From the IMG/VR virus record IMGVR_UViG_3300026116_000035: 64,000 bases of DNA; one strand, written 5' to 3'. A program made the translations under genes and the position numbers. Positions within the stretch are counted from its first letter, which is position 1. Every line of letters starts with the position of its first letter. The notes beneath the pieces were generated by a model, which did no database searches, had not been told where the DNA came from, and worked only from the letters and a program-made list of their open reading frames with translations. This DNA comes from a virus. Lineage: Duplodnaviria; Caudoviricetes. Shown piece after piece: positions 10,570 to 20,279 of this stretch.

Positions 10570-12150
10570 ATGGAACCGTTAATTGCTGCATTTTTTTCTC
10601 ATGATTCTTCTATTTGTATAAGAGATACTAATGGAAAATTTACAATATTTGAATTTGAACGTTTATTAAAAGAGCGTTTTGTTAAATTAACTGGAAGAAA
10701 AGATTTAAAGAATATTTTAATTAATCTTAAAGAAATAATAAAAAAAGATTATAATATTGAATCATTTAATATTTGTTATCATTTAGGGTTGACCGAAGAA
10801 GAAAAAATAATATTAAATGAAGTATGGGGTATTTCGGATTTTCATGAAACTGGCCATCATTTATCACATGCTTCTTGTGCTTATTATCAAGCTCCATTTA
10901 ATGAATGTTTAGTAATGTCATATGATGGTGGTGGATATGATGGCGGTTTTGAAGATGAAAGAATTGGCTATTTTAATGTTTATTATGTAAATGATGGTAT
11001 TTTTAAAAAGATAAATCATATAAAGTATGATTTAGGTACGGCTTATGGTTTATCAGCTATTCCTATAAGTGAAGTTCAAAAAACAGAAGAAAATTGGGAA
11101 GAACGCTTTTTATCATTTAGTGGTAAAATGATGGGTTTAGTTGGATACGGTTCTGTTAGAGAAGAATGGCTAATTCCATTTAAGAATTTTTATAAAGAGC
11201 ATAAGCATGTTTCTTTAATTGATTTAAATAAAAGTTTAGCTCCATCTATTAATTTACCTTTAAATATTAATAGTTTAAGTGGACAAGATAGTTATGATTT
11301 TGCAGCTACTTCACAGAGAGCATTTGAAGAAGTAATATATAAAGAAATTATTCATTTAATAAATTGTTATAAATTACCCATATGCTTAACAGGTGGCTGT
11401 GCATTAAATGTAATATTAAATCAAAAATTAAGTGATTTGTTAGGTAATGATAAAGTATTTATTCCACCAAATCCAAGTGATTGTGGATTAACTTTTGGAA
11501 TGCTTGCTTATAAAACATCTCCGCAAAATGCTATAAATTTAATGTATGACGGATTTCCTATATTAGATATTGATGAATTATCTAAATATGTAAAAAAATA
11601 TAATGCTAAAAAAATAAAATTACCTGAATTAGCCAAATTATTATATGATGGTAAAATTATTGGATTAATGAGAGGAAAATCTGAAGTAGGACCGAGGGCT
11701 TTAGGAAATCGAAGCATTTTATGTGACCCTTCTTATTCAGATATGAAAGATACATTAAATCATAAAATTAAATTTAGAGAATGGTTTAGGCCATTTGCCC
11801 CAATATCTAAATTAGAAAATGCCAATAAATATTTTGAATTTAATGGTGACGCTTCTTTTATGTCTTTTTCTCCTAAAGTTAGAAAAGAATATTTAGGTAA
11901 AATACCAGCTGTAGTTCATAAGGATAATACAGCTAGATTGCAAACCATCTCTGAAAAGCAAAATAAATACATATATGATTTATTAACTGAATTTGAAAAT
12001 TTGCGTGGCATTGGGTGTTTATTAAATACTTCTTTTAATATAAAAGGAAAGCCAATATTAACTACGATTAAAGATGCAATTGAAGTATTGGAAACTACAC
12101 AAATAGATGCTGTGATTATTGAAGATTATTTATTTGAAAGAATTAAATGA
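10570..12150 (+). CDS. carbamoyltransferase (NodU/CmcH/TobZ family)
   Basis: HHLSHASCAYY, GKMMGL, TGGCALNV, EVGPRALGNRSIL, REWFRPFAP, ARLQT, LLNTSFNIKGKPI. Confidence 0.92.
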   Translation: MEPLIAAFFSHDSSICIRDTNGKFTIFEFERLLKERFVKLTGRKDLKNILINLKEIIKKDYNIESFNICYHLGLTEEEKIILNEVWGISDFHETGHHLSHASCAYYQAPFNECLVMSYDGGGYDGGFEDERIGYFNVYYVNDGIFKKINHIKYDLGTAYGLSAIPISEVQKTEENWEERFLSFSGKMMGLVGYGSVREEWLIPFKNFYKEHKHVSLIDLNKSLAPSINLPLNINSLSGQDSYDFAATSQRAFEEVIYKEIIHLINCYKLPICLTGGCALNVILNQKLSDLLGNDKVFIPPNPSDCGLTFGMLAYKTSPQNAINLMYDGFPILDIDELSKYVKKYNAKKIKLPELAKLLYDGKIIGLMRGKSEVGPRALGNRSILCDPSYSDMKDTLNHKIKFREWFRPFAPISKLENANKYFEFNGDASFMSFSPKVRKEYLGKIPAVVHKDNTARLQTISEKQNKYIYDLLTEFENLRGIGCLLNTSFNIKGKPILTTIKDAIEVLETTQIDAVIIEDYLFERIK

Positions 12151-12914
12151 AAGACATACAATTTACTTTTGGAATAATTACACAATCTACTACAGAGGCG
12201 TCTGAACATTTAAAATTATCCATTAATTCTATTATTAATTTAAATATTCCCGAATATCAAATTATTATTATAGGAGATGGATTTAATTTAAAAAATGATA
12301 ATTTTTTATTATCACTTAATAATATTAAAATAATAGACTTTGATTATACAATTAAAAAAGATTGGATAACAAGAAAGAAAAATTTAATTACACAAAATGC
12401 TAAATATGAAAATATAGTTTACCAACATGATTATATTTCTTATGAACAAGATTGGTATGAAGGCTTTAAAGTATATGGTGATGATTTTAAAGCTTGTATG
12501 ACTAAGATATTAAATAATGATAATACGCGTTTTAGGGATTGGGTATTATTCCCTTGGCATCATTGTTACGGTGAGAATTATATTAAAAAGGCTAAAGAAT
12601 TGTGGGAATTTGCTAATATTCAAAATAATGAAAGTATGATTCCTTATAATGAAACGCGATTTAGTAGATTTCAATATTTTTCAGGATCTTACTGGGTAGC
12701 TAAAAAACAAATAATGTTAGAAATACCTTTAGATGAAGGATTAGTTTGGGGGCAGGGGGAGGATTGTGTATGGTCATCTCAATTTAGCTCAAAATATAAT
12801 TTTAGTATGAATGCAAATTCTACGGTTAAACTATTAAAATGGAAACAAGATGCATTTAGTATAATTCGTCCAGAATGCTATGAAAAAGCCATTAAATACA
12901 TTGAAAATAGCTAA
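12147..12914 (+). CDS. GT-A fold glycosyltransferase-like protein
   Basis: FTFGII, YQHDYI (DxD-like), WGQGEDCVWS. Confidence 0.6.
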   Translation: MKDIQFTFGIITQSTTEASEHLKLSINSIINLNIPEYQIIIIGDGFNLKNDNFLLSLNNIKIIDFDYTIKKDWITRKKNLITQNAKYENIVYQHDYISYEQDWYEGFKVYGDDFKACMTKILNNDNTRFRDWVLFPWHHCYGENYIKKAKELWEFANIQNNESMIPYNETRFSRFQYFSGSYWVAKKQIMLEIPLDEGLVWGQGEDCVWSSQFSSKYNFSMNANSTVKLLKWKQDAFSIIRPECYEKAIKYIENS

Positions 12915-12931
12915 TATTGTTATATTAAGAT

Positions 12932-13738
12932 ATGGTTAAAAAAGTTGTAGTTTCCATACCTGTTCATGAAGAACCGTTAGTAGTAGCAGATCATTTAAGA
13001 AATATTAAAAAATTTGTACCTGATTCATTTGTAGTTCTTCATGCTTCGGCGGATAGTCCAAGTCCATTTAAAAACATATTGAATGATATGTCTAAAAATG
13101 AATTTGATGGATTTATGTATGTTAATGATATTTCTTATCATACCCATGCACCGAATGAAGCTGGATCTGTTTATGGATTAAGTACAGTACATTCATCTAA
13201 TTTTCAATTTGCAAATAAAGTAATTTCAGATTTTGATGTTTTTGCTTTAGAAACATCAAATGACATGTTTGTAAGAAAAGGTGTTGAACGACTTTGGAAT
13301 AACTTTAAATGTGGATGTGGTGCTAGAAAAAATGATTTATCCGCTTATAGAAATGTTCGCGAAAAAGAAGTGATTGATATACTTAATATTGTTATACCAT
13401 TAAAAACTATTGAAATTCATGCTCAGGAGGGAACATTTTATCCCAAAGAAGTGTTTAGTGAAATTTCAAATATTATATTAAATAAGCTTGGTGGATTTAT
13501 TGCACATGAAGAATTAGTACTTCATACATTGGCATTTAATTTATTTCCTGAATTATATGATAGTAATTGTGGTGAGGGATATATGTTTCATAATGCAACT
13601 CATTATGCCACTACTAATGAAGATATTTTAAAAGTTAAAAATGGAATATTAAATAATAAATATGCCGTTAAAAGAGTTCCTAGAAGGATAAATGATCCTT
13701 GTAGAATTTTTGTTAATAAGGTTAATGAAAATGAATAA
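12932..13738 (+). CDS. hypothetical protein of the glycan island
   Basis: 268-aa ORF; N-terminal VVVSIPVHE suggests a GT-like Rossmann start; no confident family. Confidence 0.45.
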   Translation: MVKKVVVSIPVHEEPLVVADHLRNIKKFVPDSFVVLHASADSPSPFKNILNDMSKNEFDGFMYVNDISYHTHAPNEAGSVYGLSTVHSSNFQFANKVISDFDVFALETSNDMFVRKGVERLWNNFKCGCGARKNDLSAYRNVREKEVIDILNIVIPLKTIEIHAQEGTFYPKEVFSEISNIILNKLGGFIAHEELVLHTLAFNLFPELYDSNCGEGYMFHNATHYATTNEDILKVKNGILNNKYAVKRVPRRINDPCRIFVNKVNENE

Positions 13739-14090
13739 AAGACCTTATACACTTATTATAGATATAGATGGAACATTAATTAAACATTCTGGTGATATTT
13801 GTCATCAATATACAGAAGAAATTGAAATTTTGCCAGGTGTTATTGAAAAATGGAAAGAATTTGATATTGCAGGTCATAATATAATATTAATAACTGGAAG
13901 AAGAGAAAGTAATAGAAAATTTATTGAAGAAAAATTACAAGATGCAGGATTGTTTTGGGATCAATTAATAATGGGTGTCGGGGGAGGAAATCGGATTTTA
14001 ATTAATGATCTAAAACCTTTAAGTGAAGAACCTACAGCAATAGCTATAAATGTAAGACGAAATACAGGATTAAAGGATATAAAAATATGA
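13731..14090 (+). CDS. HAD-superfamily phosphatase (capsule-locus type)
   Basis: IIDIDGTLI motif I, LITGR motif II, RILIND; start moved to ATG 13731. Confidence 0.78.
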   Translation: MNKRPYTLIIDIDGTLIKHSGDICHQYTEEIEILPGVIEKWKEFDIAGHNIILITGRRESNRKFIEEKLQDAGLFWDQLIMGVGGGNRILINDLKPLSEEPTAIAINVRRNTGLKDIKI

Positions 14091-14428
14091 AATTTGTAGA
14101 AAAACCTTGGGGTTCTGAAAAAATCATTATATTAAATAATATTGTATTAAAAGAATTATTTATGAAGGCCGGTTGTAAATGTAGTTTACAATATCATAAT
14201 TTTAAAAATGAAATTATCAGAGTTTTAAGTGGTAAATTAAAATTATCTTATTCACCAAATAAAGAAACATCATTAATTAATTTAGAATTATCGCCTGGTG
14301 ATAGTTTTGCTATTGAACACGGAATTATACATAGAATGGAGGCTATTGAAGACTCAATTTATATTGAAGCATCATCTAATGAATTAGATGATGTTATTCG
14401 ACTTGAGGATTCATATGGCCGAGTATAA
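14087..14428 (+). CDS. cupin domain protein (mannose-6-phosphate isomerase type II C-terminal-like)
   Basis: VEKPWG, CSLQYH...E, HGIIHRMEA. Confidence 0.78.
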   Translation: MKFVEKPWGSEKIIILNNIVLKELFMKAGCKCSLQYHNFKNEIIRVLSGKLKLSYSPNKETSLINLELSPGDSFAIEHGIIHRMEAIEDSIYIEASSNELDDVIRLEDSYGRV

Positions 14429-15980
14429 AGTTCTTTTAACAGCCTCCGGTATTGGTCAAAGACTCGGCGATTTAACTAAATATACTAATAAATCTTTAGT
14501 TAAAATTGGTAAAAAACCAGCTATAAGCTATATAATCGAACGATATCCAGATGATGTAGAAATTATTGTTACATTAGGTTATTTCGGAAATCAAGTAAAA
14601 GAATTTTTAACATTAGCTTATCCTGAAAAAAAGTTTAATTTTATTAATGTTGATAAATATGAAGGTTACGGCAGTAGTTTATTATATTCAATGTTATGTG
14701 CAAAAGACGAATTACAATGTCCATTTATATTTCATGCTTGTGATTCTATTATTTTAGATGAACCTATTCCATCATTAGAAGATAATTGGCTTGGCGGGTA
14801 TAATAAAACTGATAGTGCTCAATATAGAACATTTAATATTGAAAATGAATTTGTTAAAAAAATCAATGAAAAAGGTGAAATGTCCTATGATTTTGAATAC
14901 ATAGGCGTTTGTGGTATAAAGGATTTTGATTTATTCTGGAAAACAGCTGAAAAAATTTATTTTAATTATTCAGAAGACAGTTCATTATCTGATTGTCATA
15001 TATTTAAATTTATGATTAAAAAAATAATATTTAAATACTACATATTTAATTCATGGTTAGATATTGGAAATATTTATTCTTTAAAGAAAGCGCGAGAATT
15101 TATTTATGATAAATTTGAAATTTTAGATAAATTAGATGAATCAATTTTTATAATTAATAATTTTGTTATTAAATTTTTTTATGATGTTAATATAGTTAAA
15201 AATCGCGTTATTCGTGGTGAAAGTTTACTTCCAAACGTTCCTAAAATAACAGGATCAACAAATCATTTTTATAAATATGATTATGTTGAAGGTAAATTAT
15301 TTTCTAAATCAGTTAATGAAGTTAAATTTAAACAATTTTTAGAATGGGCTAATAAAGAAATATGGTCAAATAAAATTATAGAAAATTTTAAAGAAAGCTG
15401 CTTTGATTTTTATATTACGAAAACTTATAATAGAGTGAATAAATTTTTAATAAATAATAATATTATTGATAAACAAGATTGCATTAATGGAATTTTAGTA
15501 CCGTCTATTGCTGATTTAATGAAATTAGTAAAAGAATATAATATCATTGACGGAATACCAGTTAATTTTCATGGAGATTTTATTTTGGATAATATTATTG
15601 AAACTGATGATGGATTTATGCTTTTAGATTGGCGACAAGATTTTTCAGGAAAAACTTCTGGCGGAGATTTATTTTATGATTTAGCCAAATTAAATCATAA
15701 TCTTACAGTGAATCATGATGTAATTAATAAAAATTTATTCGAAATACATGTAAATAAAGACAATTCTATTAATTGTGATATTTTAATTAATTATAAATTA
15801 GTTGAATGTAATAAAATTCTTAAAGAATTTATTAAAAATAATAAATATGATTATAAAAAAATACAAATAATTACAGGATTAATTTGGATTAATATGAGCC
15901 CCTTACATCATTATCCATTTGATCAATTTTTATTTTATTTTGGTAAATATAATTTATTTAAAGCTTTAGGAATGGAATGA
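14415..15980 (+). CDS. fused nucleotidyltransferase (LicC/GlmU-like) plus choline/aminoglycoside kinase-like domain
   Basis: N-terminal LLTASGIGQRL...TNKSLVKI...WLDIG; C-terminal HGDFILDNII and LLDWR...GDLFYDLAKL; start at ATG 14415 behind GAGGA. Confidence 0.75.
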   Translation: MAEYKVLLTASGIGQRLGDLTKYTNKSLVKIGKKPAISYIIERYPDDVEIIVTLGYFGNQVKEFLTLAYPEKKFNFINVDKYEGYGSSLLYSMLCAKDELQCPFIFHACDSIILDEPIPSLEDNWLGGYNKTDSAQYRTFNIENEFVKKINEKGEMSYDFEYIGVCGIKDFDLFWKTAEKIYFNYSEDSSLSDCHIFKFMIKKIIFKYYIFNSWLDIGNIYSLKKAREFIYDKFEILDKLDESIFIINNFVIKFFYDVNIVKNRVIRGESLLPNVPKITGSTNHFYKYDYVEGKLFSKSVNEVKFKQFLEWANKEIWSNKIIENFKESCFDFYITKTYNRVNKFLINNNIIDKQDCINGILVPSIADLMKLVKEYNIIDGIPVNFHGDFILDNIIETDDGFMLLDWRQDFSGKTSGGDLFYDLAKLNHNLTVNHDVINKNLFEIHVNKDNSINCDILINYKLVECNKILKEFIKNNKYDYKKIQIITGLIWINMSPLHHYPFDQFLFYFGKYNLFKALGME

Positions 15981-16984
15981 ATAGAAATGGTTTAAAAGAA
16001 ATTAAATTATATGTCGGTCCAATGACAAAAAATGTTGTTGATGCAGTTATTGAATTTGCGAATAAATTTAATATTAAAATAGGGTTTATTCCATCTAGAA
16101 GGCAAATCGAATTTGATCAATCTGGATATGTTAATAATTGGACCACCAGAACTTTTATGCAATATATTAGGTCAAAAACCAATTTAATAGGTTTAGAAAG
16201 AGATCATGGTGGTCCTAATCAAGGTTTAACTAATGATGATGGATTTGCTAGTTTATTTCAGGATACTCAGAATTTTGATATTGTTCATATTGATGTTTGG
16301 AAAAAATATCCCAATTTTGATGATGGTGTTAAAAAAACTATAGAATATATTAAATATTGCCATAATGTAAATCATCTTACTTTGTTTGAAGTTGGTACTG
16401 AGCAAAGTATTAGGCCATTTAATTTATTCGAATTAGATAATTTTTTATTTGAACTCCAGCATAATTTAACTAATGAAGAATTTAGTAAAATACTTTATTG
16501 TGTTATTCAATCTGGCACTTCTTTAAAAGGAACAATTAATACTGGAAAATATGATTCTGTAAAATTAAAAGATATGTGCTATATTGTAAATAAATATAAT
16601 ATATTATCTAAAGAACATAATTCCGATTTTGTTGATATAAATGAAATATATGATAGATATAATAATGGATTAAATGCTATTAATATTGCTCCAGAATTTG
16701 GACAGATTGAAACTAATTGCATTTTGGAATTAATTAATAATAATGCTTATTTATTAAATATATTTTATACAATATGTCTAAATTCTAATCGATGGGTTAA
16801 ATGGGTAGCTTCAAATTTTAAGCCTGAAGATAATAAAATTGAATTAATTAAAATCTGTGGACATTATGTATTATCTGATCCGAAAATGAAAGAAATTATA
16901 AGTAAATTTCCTGAATTGTCTGATTTAGTCAAACAAGGTGTATTTGAAAAGTTATATAGTATATTAACTCCAAGGATATCATGA
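15977..16984 (+). CDS. GatZ/KbaZ-like TIM-barrel (tagatose-phosphate aldolase/epimerase-related) protein
   Basis: GPMTKNVVDAVI, PSRRQIE, LERDHGGP, IHIDV, FEVGTE, VIQSGT, KEHNSD, NIAPEFG. Confidence 0.68.
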   Translation: MNRNGLKEIKLYVGPMTKNVVDAVIEFANKFNIKIGFIPSRRQIEFDQSGYVNNWTTRTFMQYIRSKTNLIGLERDHGGPNQGLTNDDGFASLFQDTQNFDIVHIDVWKKYPNFDDGVKKTIEYIKYCHNVNHLTLFEVGTEQSIRPFNLFELDNFLFELQHNLTNEEFSKILYCVIQSGTSLKGTINTGKYDSVKLKDMCYIVNKYNILSKEHNSDFVDINEIYDRYNNGLNAINIAPEFGQIETNCILELINNNAYLLNIFYTICLNSNRWVKWVASNFKPEDNKIELIKICGHYVLSDPKMKEIISKFPELSDLVKQGVFEKLYSILTPRIS

Positions 16985-17613
16985 TAAAAGGAATTTTATA
17001 CGATTTAGATAATACTTTATGTTATTGTGCTGATTGGCATAAATTAGCCTTAAATAAAGCATTAAAAGAAATATGTGGATTTGAAATTTCAGAAGATGAA
17101 CATATTTCTACATTTAATGGATTACCAACCAAAAAGAAATTAGATTTATTAATTAATCAAAGACGAATTAAAATAAATGATTATGATTTAATTTCTCAAA
17201 AAAAACAAGAATATACAAAAGATATAATTTTTGAAGAAGCAATTGTAGACCCAATAAAAGTTAAATTACATCGGCAAAATAAATTAAATGGATTAAAATC
17301 AGCATGTGTTACTAATAGTATTACTGAAACAGCAGCATTAATTTTAGAGAAAACTGGACAATTACAATATATGGATTTTTTAATTTCTAATGAAGTAGTT
17401 AAATATCCTAAACCGCACGGAGAAGGATATATTATCTCTATGATTAAATTAGGAATTTATCCTTCTGAAACTCTTATCGTAGAAGATAGTCCTGTTGGAA
17501 TTCAAGCTGCAAAATCTACTGGAGCTCATGTCTGGGAAGTTAAAGATTCTATTGAAGTTACTTATGAAAATTTCCAGCAATTTATAAGTTCAATAAATAT
17601 AAGAAAGGTATAA
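16981..17613 (+). CDS. HAD family phosphatase (beta-PGM/CbbY-like)
   Basis: LYDLDNTL, VTNS, KPHGEGY, IVEDSPVGIQAA. Confidence 0.85.
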   Translation: MIKGILYDLDNTLCYCADWHKLALNKALKEICGFEISEDEHISTFNGLPTKKKLDLLINQRRIKINDYDLISQKKQEYTKDIIFEEAIVDPIKVKLHRQNKLNGLKSACVTNSITETAALILEKTGQLQYMDFLISNEVVKYPKPHGEGYIISMIKLGIYPSETLIVEDSPVGIQAAKSTGAHVWEVKDSIEVTYENFQQFISSINIRKV

Positions 17614-18339
17614 ATGGCTTTAAATATTTTGGTGCCTATGGGTGGAAAGGGCCGGAGGTTCGCAAATCTTGGGTACACATTCCCTAAACCATTAATAGAA
17701 GTTCAAGGTAAACCTATGATTCAAGTTGTTGTTGAAAATTTGAATTTAGATGGAAAGTATATATTTTTGGTTTCTAGAGAACATTATACAAAATATGCTT
17801 TAAATTATTTATTACCATTAATAACAAAACCATATCAATGTGAAATTATTATTGAAGAACCTCCTATTTATGGAGCAGCTTATGCTTGTCTTTTAGCCAA
17901 ACATTTAATAAATAATGATGATAATTTACTTATAGCTAATTCTGATCAATGGATAGATTATGATCCGGAAAGTTTTTTAAAATCAGTTAAAAATGTTGAT
18001 GGAGCTATTTTAACATTTTATGGTACACATCCTAAATGGAGTTTTAGTAAAATTAATGAAGAAACTGGTTTTATTTCCGAAGTGGCAGAAAAACAACCAA
18101 TTAGCACAAATGCCAATACAGGAATATATTATTGGAATAAAGGTAGCGATTTTATTTCATCAGTAGAAGAAATGATTGCTGATGAATTTAAAGTGAACAA
18201 TGAATATTATGTAGCTCCTTCTTATAATTATTTAATTAATAAAGGTAAAAAAATAATTAATTATCCAGTTAAACAAATGTTTGGAATTGGAACTCCAGAA
18301 GATTTACAAAATTTTTTGCAATTAAATATTAAGGTTTAA
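17614..18339 (+). CDS. sugar-phosphate nucleotidyltransferase-like protein
   Basis: ILVPMGGKGRRF, PKPLIEV, IANSDQ, VAEK, GIGTPEDL. Confidence 0.82.
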   Translation: MALNILVPMGGKGRRFANLGYTFPKPLIEVQGKPMIQVVVENLNLDGKYIFLVSREHYTKYALNYLLPLITKPYQCEIIIEEPPIYGAAYACLLAKHLINNDDNLLIANSDQWIDYDPESFLKSVKNVDGAILTFYGTHPKWSFSKINEETGFISEVAEKQPISTNANTGIYYWNKGSDFISSVEEMIADEFKVNNEYYVAPSYNYLINKGKKIINYPVKQMFGIGTPEDLQNFLQLNIKV

Positions 18340-18342
18340 TAA

Positions 18343-19008
18343 ATGTTGATATTGACACGAACAGCTTGTTTAGGTGGGGAAGTTATAAATTATAAAATTG
18401 GTGGAAATCATGATTTTTATAATCAGCAAAAAGTTAGAGTTGATATGTTTAATGAAGTTGTAAGTGGGAATACAATTAAACCTAAAAAATCTGAAATATT
18501 ACCTTGGTTAGCTGATGCATCTGATACTGGTGGAGTTTATTCACAATCAGAAGAATTTAGATGGTTTACTATTAATAGTAAACCAAACTATTTAATTATG
18601 GATAATTATTCCGAACTTGTTGATAAACAAATAATTCATAAAGATGGTTGGTCTTTTTGTGGTGTTTATGGTGATTTTAAACATGAGGCATTTACAAGTA
18701 GTACTTTTATTGATGGCAGTCTTTTACCTCTTGATAAGATTTATGATTCTTATGATAATTTTTTCCAATTTGTAAAAAACAAATGGAATATTCCTATTAT
18801 TTTTATTCATTTTCCTACAATTTTTGATCATAGAGAAATGTATATAAATCAGGGAATAGCAATAACTGATGCTTTAAATATACTTGCTCCTAAATATAAT
18901 ATACAAAATATTCATGCAGACTTATCAGAAATAGAAAAACAAGATAGTAATTATTATCATTTTACAAAAAGAACATTTAAAAACTTGGCTGATAAGATTA
19001 TTATTTAA
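18343..19008 (+). CDS. hypothetical protein (possibly SGNH-like)
   Basis: 221-aa ORF; YLIMDNYSEL and C-terminal YYHF; family assignment weak. Confidence 0.4.
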   Translation: MLILTRTACLGGEVINYKIGGNHDFYNQQKVRVDMFNEVVSGNTIKPKKSEILPWLADASDTGGVYSQSEEFRWFTINSKPNYLIMDNYSELVDKQIIHKDGWSFCGVYGDFKHEAFTSSTFIDGSLLPLDKIYDSYDNFFQFVKNKWNIPIIFIHFPTIFDHREMYINQGIAITDALNILAPKYNIQNIHADLSEIEKQDSNYYHFTKRTFKNLADKIII

Positions 19009-19024
19009 TATAAGGTAAATTTAA

Positions 19025-19714
19025 ATGTTAAAATATAATGATTTAATAAATATAATGAATGAAACTGAATATAAATTAGTTCCATTTTATAAAGGATTAC
19101 GTATGGAAACTCATATGAATCCTGTTTCTATTGCCGAACCAGAATTTAATTTTATTTATGATTTTATTTTAAACAATAAATTAAAAAAAGGTTATGAAGT
19201 TGCTACTGCTTTTGGTATTTCAATGTTGGCGGCAGGATTAGCGTTTAAAGAAACAAATGGTAAATTAGTTACAATGGATGCTTATATAGAAGAGCAATTT
19301 AATAGTTGCTCTTCATATGATGAAAAACACACAATTACTTATCAAAATTCAGATGGATTTAAAACTGCCACTAAATTAATTGAAATATTTAAATTAGAAA
19401 ATACAGCATCATTAAATGTAGGATTTAGTCCAACAGACACTTTTAATGTAATTAAAAATACATTCGATAATGAAAAATTAGATTATGTTTTTATAGATGC
19501 TTTACATACAGAAGAAGCGGTAATAAAAGATATTGAAGCAGTATTACCATTTTTAGATGAAAAATTTGTTTTATTTTTGCATGATGTACATTGTTTTGAA
19601 TCTGGTAAAGTTCAAAATTATGTTTACGAAAAATTTGGAACCGCTTGGACTGTAGCTAAAGGTTGTGAACATCCTGGCGAAGGTTACAATTTATCTTATA
19701 TAAATAAATTATAA
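19025..19714 (+). CDS. class I SAM-dependent methyltransferase (Methyltransf_24-like)
   Basis: EVATAFGIS, DYVFIDALHTEEAVIKD, LFLHDV. Confidence 0.8.
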   Translation: MLKYNDLINIMNETEYKLVPFYKGLRMETHMNPVSIAEPEFNFIYDFILNNKLKKGYEVATAFGISMLAAGLAFKETNGKLVTMDAYIEEQFNSCSSYDEKHTITYQNSDGFKTATKLIEIFKLENTASLNVGFSPTDTFNVIKNTFDNEKLDYVFIDALHTEEAVIKDIEAVLPFLDEKFVLFLHDVHCFESGKVQNYVYEKFGTAWTVAKGCEHPGEGYNLSYINKL

Positions 19715-19776
19715 TTTAATATTTAAATAAAATATAAAATGTTCGATAAGAATTTGATAATCACATATTTAATTAT

Positions 19777-20241
19777 ATGAATAAAGTTCTGATCTGTCAC
19801 AAAGGTAACATCGCTGGACCAAATCCATTAAGAGAAAATCAGCCAGAATATTTAAAAGAAGCTTTAAATTTAGGTTTTCATGTAGAGACTGATGTTTGGT
19901 TATTAAATAATACATTTTATTTGGGTCATGATAGGCCAGAATATATAATAAATTTTGAATTTTTATTGAATGAAAAAGTTTGGGCTCATTGTAAAAATTT
20001 AGCAGCTTTAGATGCTTTAATATTAGAACCTGATGCTAATTGTTTTTTTCATGATAAAGATGATTTCACTTTAACTAGTAAATGTTATATATGGACATAT
20101 CCGAGAAATTTGAGATTAACTTCAAATTCAATAGCTGTTTTGCCTGAAAAAGTTAAGAATTGGAATTTAAAAGGTTGTCATGGAATTTGTACGGATTATG
20201 TTTTAAGTTATCAACGTTGGGATGAAGAAGGTAAAATATAA
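19777..20241 (+). CDS. PLC/GDPD-like phosphodiesterase-fold small protein
   Basis: ICHKGN...ENQPEYL...GFHVETDVW...LGHD...WAHCKN...HGICTD. Confidence 0.65.
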   Translation: MNKVLICHKGNIAGPNPLRENQPEYLKEALNLGFHVETDVWLLNNTFYLGHDRPEYIINFEFLLNEKVWAHCKNLAALDALILEPDANCFFHDKDDFTLTSKCYIWTYPRNLRLTSNSIAVLPEKVKNWNLKGCHGICTDYVLSYQRWDEEGKI

Positions 20242-20279
20242 AATAATTTAATATTATTTATATACATAAGGATTAATTG

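Noticed and set aside
12909-12934. Third copy of the GCTAAT...TATAT upstream motif
   Set aside because: Spacer is 2 nt shorter than in the two fibre-gene copies; insufficient support
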